A stretch of DNA of 63,931 nucleotides, the filler included, from Intoshia linei (taxonomy: Eukaryota > Animalia > Orthonectida): the NCBI GenBank assembly GCA_001642005.1. It is 6 parts of 6 records of this genome, joined end to end, with 100 filler letters (N's around TTAATTAATTAA, not from the genome) between each part and the next. Parts side by side here need not be neighbours in the genome. Positions count along the whole stretch, not along the records: positions 50,692 to 56,590 come from LWCA01001729.1; positions 56,691 to 60,728 come from LWCA01001995.1; positions 60,829 to 63,931 come from LWCA01002159.1; 3 more parts are not named here. One strand, 5' to 3'. The notes under the pieces were generated by a model, which saw only the letters and a program-made list of their open reading frames with translations, ran no database searches and was not told the DNA's origin. Both the position numbers and the translations under genes were made by a program. This document shows positions 55,004 through 63,931 of this stretch, piece after piece (position 1 is the stretch's first letter; the number at the start of each line of letters is the position of its first letter).

Positions 55004-55870
55004 TAGGGCAAGCAAAAGTTAGAAGTTAAAATTTGATATGTTAAATAGTTTAACATTTCTAGCATGATGGCACCAATATCGTCAATATTAATTGGCTAAT
55101 TAAAATTTTATAAAGTTAATACGGTTAAAAAAGTTAAAATTTTTTCCAAATAATAGAATTTTTTTAAAAGTTAATAAAGTTAGATTTTGAAATATTCAAT
55201 TATTTACATGTGCAAATTGCACAGAGCAATGCACATTATGCATTGTTTTTAAATTTTACAAATCTAAATCTTAACAAAATTTTAATCTAATAATCAATTA
55301 ATGCCTAAATTTCCAAAGTCGACACAAGAAAAAATTTATAATATTTTAAGAATATTTCCAAATGAATTTAAAATGAAGGCCGGCAGTTTAATGTGTATCA
55401 AATGCAATTATGATGTCTCATTTCAAAAATTATATGATGCGCAGAGTCATAGGTCGTCTGTTAAACACAAATCATTAACTTTGAATGATACTACTCCAAT
55501 CCGTAAATATTGCAAATTAAAAAGTGATTTTGCCTTGTTAGACTTTATACAAGTTAAACAACAAAAACTTAAAAGAATTTTTTACCAACATGGGCAAATC
55601 GTTACCATCTGAAAACAATTGTCGTGATAAAACCGACCAGGTATATTTGAAAGAAATTGAAAGGATAAAATCGTGTAGTAAAGATGAATTAATATTTAGT
55701 ATGTTGAATGAAACCGATTTAAACGATGTTTAATATATAAATATAATTGTAGGTACTTTGAAAAACCCCAAAAATTTAATGCTGTTTGACTGTAAAATGA
55801 TTAATACAAACATGAATGGTCAAATTGTATCTATGATTGAATTATATCATGAATTAATCGAATTAAAATT
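55004..55870 (+). mobile_element. Decayed hAT transposase with an N-terminal C2H2 finger (CGGBP1-like)
   Basis: MPK...LMCIKC...SHRSSVKH; frameshifted LPSENNCR; TAGGGC start. Confidence 0.55.
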
Positions 55871-56079
55871 AAACGGGTATACATCTATATTAGGTATTAT
55901 TGACATAGCAAAATAGTCGCTTACTATTAATCAAGCATATGATACAAAAAAAATACAATTTATTCCTGACCCATGTGAAATACAACTATATATAGAAAAA
56001 GAATGATATCGAAAAAATTATGTTAGCTATGGATTAGTTCGTTTGAACTAACCACTGAGGTTATGAAGGAGATTTTCAA

Positions 56080-56174
56080 ATTTGTTAGATTCAAGACATA
56101 TTTTTGGTAGAATAAAAATGTGCCCTCGGTAGAGCTAGGTACTGTTTGTACGTACTACATAACAGTCAACCTAG
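56080..56174 (+). mobile_element. Isolated Helitron 3' terminus; another near 58531-58578
   Basis: GTGCCCTCGGTAGAGCTAGG...CAGTCAACCTAG|T. Confidence 0.8.
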
Positions 56175-57479
56175 TCAATATATAAAAGTCGCGACCCACC
56201 TGTTGGGAACCGCTGATGTAACGCTATGTTACATATATCAGGATAGTGGTCTTTTATTGAAATCCAAAAGTTTTTAAGAGACAATCTTTAAAATGAATTC
56301 TTAGACCACGATCACTTAATATCCTTGCTAATTCCTCTTCTATTACATTCAATAGTTTTCACTTTGTGTATCTACAAATGAATTAAGAATCCAATCATAT
56401 TCTTCGATATTCAAGAATGGGAAATAAATATTGGGAAACATTTCTAAATCATTTTTCTCCATTTTTACACAAATTAATGAAAAAAATATTAAAAATAAGA
56501 AAATTTTACTAACACATATTTTTTTTCTATAAAAATATTTATAAAATTAAAATTTATTTTAAATTTCTCAGCGCGCACTTGGATTTTCTCNNNNNNNNNN
56601 NNNNNNNNNNNNNNNNNNNNNNNNNNNNNNNNNNTTAATTAATTAANNNNNNNNNNNNNNNNNNNNNNNNNNNNNNNNNNNNNNNNNNNNAATAATTTTT
56701 TATATTTTTTACGTTTTATTAAAATGTAATATTACTTATAATTTAATGAAAATTAAATCGTAAATGATTTATATGTTATATTATAATGTGTATTATAGTT
56801 AAATTTTATATTAAAATTGTGTTATATATTATTCAAATAATATTTTATATTATAAAAATGAACATTTAAGTTAAATTTCAATTTATAAGTTTATTTGGTA
56901 TGATCCTGCAAACTAGACTGGACAAAATTATTAAAGGGTACACAGTCGCATATAGCACATTATAAATAATAATAATAATAAAATTAAAATTTGGTCTTTA
57001 AGTTGGGTCACGGCGAAAATTGTTTAAGAACCACTACTCCTAAGGTATATCCAAGTTTAAGTAAAAACATACCGATTGAACTAAGCAAATGCATAGTAAC
57101 ATCAAATACATCATGTATATCAAATTTGAATTATTCATTTTGCAAATGGTATGTATTACAATAGTATTTATAAAGTAAATGTGTTACTGGTATCTCGAAT
57201 GTTTGAATAATATAATAAATAAGATACATATAGCTAAATATACAGTCGCACGATATTGGTGTGTTAATTTAATGTTATTTCACTTTAATATTAATTTAAT
57301 TTAATTATATTTAATTAAACGTATTAATTTAAATAATAATCTTAATAACACTGTACAACATTTTCCGAGAAATTGTAAAAGGGCAAAACGAAATTTAGTT
57401 TATGGCTTAGATAACACTGTCAGGATTCGAATGATGCTTGTGATTCTATCTGATTATATCGTTATCTTGAGATATTTTA

Positions 57480-57775
57480 TTTTTAAAAAAAGGGTAATCT
57501 GGGTTTTTGACTATTAAAATTATCTTTTTTGAGGTTGCCATTTGTAATAATATTTATAAATTTAAAAACCATCTCAGAACTTAAGTTGTATGAAATTCTA
57601 GTAATATCTTAATTTTTACAAAAAAGGGTAATTTGAGTTTTGGCAGTGAATATATATGATTTTGAAATTGAGATTATCATAATATTGATGAATTTAAAAC
57701 TTTGCATTAGAATGTGTATTTTTTATAATGAATTTAAAAACAATCGAGTTTTTAACCTTGAAGAACTCAATGTTT
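57480..57775 (-). mobile_element. Reverse-strand Helitron fragment; others near 46190-46445 and 51330-51627
   Basis: Reverse complement of the internal repeat block of the 41357 copy. Confidence 0.7.
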
Positions 57776-59199
57776 GTAAGTAGTTTGTAATACATTTGAA
57801 ATTAACCCCGTTTTGAAGCAAAAAATATTAGAAATCTAATTTCTAGTTATATTAACCATTACGGGACAATTAAATATATAGATGCCAAAAACTACACTCA
57901 TAAATTTACATTCGTTTGTATACAAACCAAATGTGAATACAAAATATATTAGAATGGTTTGTAGACAAACCAATATAAGGCGGTACCAATATAAATTATG
58001 AATAAAATTCATGCTCATACAATGACATGTAATATGGATGAATAAGCTAATTATACACGAAATTCAATATGACACGTAATAAACTTACAAATTCTTTGTA
58101 GTTAAGAAAATTACTTAGCTATTACGAATAATATTGAGTCATTGCGTTATTACTTAGGAATTTTGAAATATTTTATCATTGTCTGCATTATCTACATTTT
58201 ACATAAAATTGGCATAATATTGTAATAACAGGTGAATTTTAACAGATTAAGATTTTAACAGTTTACTAAATGATACTGAAAGATTGATCAGTAGTATTGA
58301 AAATACTACTATGTAAATGTGGAAAAATTAATTTTATTATCAATGTTTACTTTGTGCTAATAATAAAATAAATTAAATTTGAAAATACATTAGATGACGT
58401 GATTGTAATTGCTTGTCATAAATTATTTTATTGCTAATTTTTGTTAAATTTAAGTGGTTTACTTTACATTTGTAATCAATGACATTTAATATTTGTAAAT
58501 TTTAAATTTTATTTTATTATTTTTTATTATAGGCAGAGCTAGGTCCTGTTTGTACGTAGTACATAACAGTCAACCTACTATTATATATTATAAGCCTGAT
58601 GCTTCCTTTTTTATAATCGATTTTTTGGGATGCACGGAACTATTTTTCTCTTTTATTTTTTTAAAAATTTTAAATATCTTGCGTCATTATTAAATAGATT
58701 TACACCAGAGGTGTAAATTATGCGTTCCGCTGGCTATTTGCTATCCCCAATTAAGGAATGTGCGGCCCGGGTTATAACAAACATTTCTACCCATATTGCT
58801 ACCTATAAAAAGTACTTTTGCTATTTTTTTGTAGGGGCCTCATTATCATTTTCGGGTATGCTCTCGTAGATGTTGTTCGGTTCTGCTCAGTTTACCCATT
58901 TTTAATTTTTTTAATACCTAAAATTTAAAATGGTGGTTTATAATGGTATTTCAGTAAAAACATAATAAAAAATTAAAATAAACAAATTTTCATTTTCGAA
59001 TAATAAGCCAAAACAACTGAATAAGGCTCAAATAAAGTTTTAATTTTAAAGTTTATTCTAGTGGGATTATTGTAGAAAGTTCTCAAAGTTTAGAAACCCC
59101 TGATTGAAAGATAAGTTTCTCAAAAATTATAATATCAATTATCAATCTCCATTGTTACAATTCAAAACACATTTCAAATTTTCACTTTTTCAAATCCTA

Positions 59200-60317
59200 A
59201 TGCCTAAAAGAAAAAAACCAGTTGTTTCTATTAGCGAAAAATTAAATGAAACTGAAGAACCTTCAGAATATCAAAAATTTCATCAAAAGTAAGATTTACT
59301 ATGTAAAATTATTATATCATATACATAATCATACTTATATACTGTATCTGCTAAGAACTAATTTTATTATAAAAAGAAATGTTGTAAAAGTAATGTATGT
59401 TTGCAGGTTAACAACCAACTCGTCCCAATCTTGTAGGCATTTCCTTACTTTTCTATACCCTTATCCCATTGTAATCTAAATTAATTTATATAATTAAGGA
59501 TCTTACAATTCGTAAGATACAGTGAATAGTATAACTATTTTAATTTCTATAATAATTTTAATATATTTCTTTAGAACATTGACTGATAACCCGAATGTAA
59601 ATAAAAATTTAATTTGTGTCATCTGTTTAAACGTTTTCCAAGATCCGATGCGAATTCATTGTGGACATTCTTTTTGCAAAGTGGTAATATTTATTAAAAT
59701 TGAGAGAAATTGTTATTTATTATTATAATAATATACATTGTATATGATCTAAGCAGCTATTCCCAAACCATGCTCCACAAGGTTATTTAATTTACGGAAT
59801 AGTTCACATTTTTTCTAAAAGTTGTGAATTTTTTGGTTGTTTCAAAGTCAATGTATTTTGGTTTAACTTAGAACTAATGGGTAATTTTTTCAGTGATATG
59901 ATGTATGATACAAGTAAAATAATTCCTGAACATAAATATTTCATTTTGAAAATTTTTTTGATAATATATCGTACCACTAGACACTGAATACTAATCTCTA
60001 CAGTTTCTCAGGTACGTGTGACACCCTGACATACATGTATTTCTACTAAAAAATTATTTACAATCAGTTTCTATAATATGGACGTTTTTGGACTAAAATT
60101 GAATTAATTATAATTATCATTTGCTATTTTTATTATTTTGTTTTTGAACGTTAAAAAATGTTAAAAAGTGAATGTAGAAATTTACAATTTTTAATATTTT
60201 TAGTGTATAAGAAAAGCAATGAAGGTAAAGAAAGAATGTCCTCTTTGTAAAATTAAAATAGATGTTACAGGAATGCACGAAGATTTTATTATAAGAAACT
60301 ATGTAGAAGAATACAAG
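59200..60317 (+). CDS. C3HC4 RING-finger protein (probable E3 ligase); first three exons (59200-59288, 59575-59683, 60204-60317); 3' part unresolved
   Basis: Spliced CVICLNVFQDPMRIHCGHSFCKV|CIRKAMKVKKECPLC. Confidence 0.85.
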
Positions 60318-60346
60318 GTATATTTTAGTTCTTCAAAAAATCATTA

Positions 60347-60525
60347 TCCTTACTTATATAATATGCTACGCAATATTTGTTGATGTGCGTGTTACCGTTT
60401 ATTTAAATAACTACCAGTCTTAGAATTTATAAATTCCACATTTCAATTACAGTTTTTTTCAGAGGTGTTAGAAAAATAAATTTCAACCTCTCAAACTCAC
60501 ATCTTACGGGTCAAAAACCCCAAAA
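60347..60525 (+). mobile_element. Helitron 5' fragment
   Basis: A|TCCTTACTTATATAATATGCTACGCAATATTTG, same as the 9553 start. Confidence 0.8.
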
Positions 60526-60828
60526 ATCCTGTAATTGGAATCGAATTCTTTAAATGTTCCTCCAATGATAGGAATCAGTCCGCATAACAAATTATTAAAG
60601 TTGTTTCCTTGTTTAATTTCATCCGTTATTAATTCTCCTTTAATAATCCTTTAATAGGTAATGCATTTTTATGTTATAAAGGCAGTTCATTTCTTGGTAT
60701 TTTATCAATAACTCTTCGATTAAATCCTNNNNNNNNNNNNNNNNNNNNNNNNNNNNNNNNNNNNNNNNNNNNTTAATTAATTAANNNNNNNNNNNNNNNN
60801 NNNNNNNNNNNNNNNNNNNNNNNNNNNN

Positions 60829-61240
60829 ACAGTGTTGAAGTTATCGCTCGAAAAAGAAGACGTTTCGATATAGGTGGAACAAATAAAAATTTATCATTTC
60901 TTCTCAATGTAAAAAAAATTGTAGAGGCATAATATCATGTTGCTTACATGTTTTCTAAACAAAAAAGCATCATACCATCGGAAACTTTGATCAAACCCTG
61001 TACTCTTAACATTGCAGAACTTCTACTTGGCGAAAAATAAAAAGGGGCACTTAAATCAATTCATTTGTAAAAGGATTAAAAATTTAGCAGAAATTATCGA
61101 ACTTTAAGTTATGGATGAACTTCGAAAAAGCCTAGTAAAATTTAGTTTACAATTGGACGCATCTACTGATGTGTTTTCAAAATATGTTGTGAATGATAAC
61201 ATTAAAAAGGAATATCTGTTTTGTGAGTCATAAATAAAAC
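60829..61240 (+). pseudogene. hAT Buster/ZBED5-type transposase remnant
   Basis: YHVAYMFSKQK..HTIG..LIKPC and FSLQLDASTDV, with stops and frameshifts. Confidence 0.75.
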
Positions 61241-63379
61241 TAGAAGAGAATTGATGTATTCGAAATAAATTATATATTAATACATTAAAATATATATAAG
61301 ATTTTTTATGGGCCCTNAAGAGAATTGATGTATTCGAAATAAATTATATATTAATACATTAAAATATATATAAAAATTTTTATGGGCCCTATAATTTACT
61401 TTGGCCCTAAATAGAAACTTTTTTACATAGTCCCTTAATTGTTCTAGTGGCCTTTTGGGAAATATATTATACATGATAGGATCAAATGTGATATTTGGTG
61501 GTTTTTGGTGTATTATGCTTAATATCTATCCATTTGTGACTGAAATTTCCCTTAAAGTAATTATTACTTTTGTTACAACATAGTTTTGTGAAGCTGGATT
61601 TTTTATTCTAACTAATTAAAAAAAAAAAAAAGGAATAAATTAGATGTCCGTGCCGGTATGCGAGTGAGCCTATCAAAAACAATACAAAGCAACAATAACG
61701 ATCCCATCAAAATTTATGTAAATAAATTTTTTCAATTGTTATATAAAAGTTTTTCGCTACTACTTAATTCGTCTATTTTCTGAATCTTTAACATTATACA
61801 TGAATAGTCTATTTTTAATTAATGAATTTGGTGGTATGACCAGGCTACTACATTTTCCGATATTTTTCAATGGAAAATAGATAGTATATATATATTGCAG
61901 TAGTACTTACAAAGTTTTTAGTAGATATGATAGTTGACACGTTTTCATTTTTATAAAGGTTTGAAGTACAGACAGGCTCGTGGAGATAATCATATGTCTC
62001 GTGTCTACAATCATGAGGGCCTACTTTTTTAATTTATTAATAGGTATTGATCAAAAATTTATAAAGTATATCATAATTTCGATAATCAATACGATTTCCA
62101 ATGGTTAATTTTAATTTTTAGATAATGAACGTTCGATTAATTAATGTATAGAGGTCCATTTTTAAAAAATTTTTTATAGGCTTATACTTTCCATCAAGTC
62201 AGGATAGATAATAATATTTCAATAATAATTAAATATAATTTAGAATAAATAGTGGTTTTAAGTATCAAGGTATGCGTTTCTGAGGTTAGATTTACGAAAA
62301 TGTTAATGATTTTAAAACGCACTCCAGAATGTAGATACCTTAGTGTTTTTTAAGTTACCCAGGGTTTTTTAACCATTTTTAAATTTAGCACCCCCGTTAG
62401 CCAGATCAATCATGTCCAGCACCCCTGCAAAAATAAAAAATATTAAAACCAATATTTTTCTAGAATATATATGCCTCTACAATTATGTTACTTTGAGAAG
62501 AAATGATAAATTATCAACTGTTCCACCTATATCGAAACGTCTTATTTTTCGAATGATAACTTCAATACTGTCAGTGAGGTTTAATGTGTTTTATATTCTT
62601 ATGATTATGTAGGAGCTTTGACTTATGCTATTATTGCATAAAACGCCGAAAAGTAAATTCCCTGAGTTTTTTCGGTTTCATCTGCATCATTACGTCAGGT
62701 AAAACCAAATTCTACGTAATTGTTATTTCATTGTCGTTTTTAAGCATCTTTAGAAAAAGTTAAAAACTCTATGATAATTTATATATTAAAATACATTATT
62801 TGTATACCTTAAAAACGTTGAAAATACAAAATTAATGTGATTATTATACGATTGTGAATAAATTCAATGAGCGTTAATTATTAGATTAACTTAATAAGTA
62901 TTAACAAGATAAAATTATGTCTTATATCTAATCTTTTTGTTGATAATAAAAATATCAATTATGTAATTTCACTCATTTAGAAAAAAATTAATTAAATAAT
63001 AATTAATTTTTAACTAATTATTATATTAATATAATTTAAAAAATTGAACATAGCTCTGTGCACCCCAAAAATTGATTATGCACCCCAAGGGGTGCATCCA
63101 CCCCCGGTTAAGAACCACTACCTTAAAGGGTAATTTTTTTAAAATATTATTCAGAATTAATTTAAATTTGGCATACTAATTTATCATTAGGTAATATACA
63201 TTTTTCATTAGTGCAATTAGTATCACATCTCAATTTAAAAACTGAACAAAGCCATAATTTTGATATGAAGTTTTTAACTTCATACAAGTTTACTGACCTT
63301 TTTTGGTCCCTTTAGGTAGTTTTTAAGACTTTTCGGTCTCATTTAATACTTTTAAGACTACTTTTCGGTACCTACACCA

Positions 63380-63600
63380 AATTTATGAATCTAAATTTAA
63401 ACACAAATTTTAATACGAAGATTTCAAACTCCAAAGTAAATTTTGATACGAAGATTTCGAACTTTAAAACAAATTTAGATACGAAGTTTTTAAACTTTAA
63501 TTCACAATAAATTTTGTTTCGAAGCTTTTAAACTTCCAAAATTTATAAATCTAAATTTTAAACATAAATTTTAATACGAAGTTTTTAAACTCCATGTTTA
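63380..63600 (+). repeat. 33-bp-period diverged tandem repeat
   Basis: TACGAAG cores at 63414, 63447 and 63480, with degenerate copies near 63518 and 63575. Confidence 0.75.
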
Positions 63601-63931
63601 ATAGACTTTAACTTCCAAATCAACGAGGTTATATGATAAAATTATATCATCACGTGGAGAGAATTACTTTTTCCTCCAAATGCACATGTAAATTCCCCTT
63701 TTTTCGAAATTCGATCCGTAACTGGACCCGCCTTCGATGCCGAAATCAAGCTTTTCCTGGCACCCGCGTCAATTTAGGCATTTACATTGGTATTGCGCGG
63801 TTTGTTTATTTTGCTCTAAATGAAAAAAACGTATGAAAAAAAGTTTTTATGCGCAAATTGGCTTAATTATGTAATAGTTCGAAGCTATCGGTTTGATTAA
63901 ACACAATATTCCAATAAATATTTAATATTAC

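Noticed and set aside
61244-61390. ~72-bp tandem duplication separated by a single n
   Set aside because: Typical unmerged contig overlap; likely an assembly artefact.
63380-63600. CRISPR-like periodicity
   Set aside because: Units are diverged tandem repeats without unique spacers; eukaryotic context; no cas genes.

Overview
Very AT-rich eukaryotic (animal) genomic DNA with many 35-47 nt GT-AG introns. This fits a genome-reduced invertebrate such as an orthonectid (inference only). Five artificial N-TTAATTAATTAA-N gap linkers break the window. Host genes reconstructed by hand from splice sites: synaptogyrin (-), GIT ArfGAP (-), an Asn-rich unknown (-), a histidine acid phosphatase (+), DHX35 (-), a Lys/Arg/Ser-rich unknown (+), UAP1 (-), ANAPC4 (-), a divergent 4-RRM poly(A)-binding protein (+), PPCDC (+, partial) and a C3HC4 RING protein (+, partial). 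Larger introns and intergenic DNA are filled with mobile elements: more than a dozen copies or fragments of a non-autonomous Helitron family (TC...hairpin-CTAG at A|T sites, ~132-bp internal repeats), piggyBac MITEs plus their probable parent, hAT MITEs, a foldback element, and decayed mariner, Tigger, hAT and Ty3/gypsy remnants. Most notable: the PABP gene is nested antisense inside intron 1 of ANAPC4 and has a degenerate MLLE domain; a Helitron subfamily carries a captured hAT end; and an unexplained multi-hairpin island lies between GIT and synaptogyrin. I found no clear evidence of a wholly new multi-gene system.
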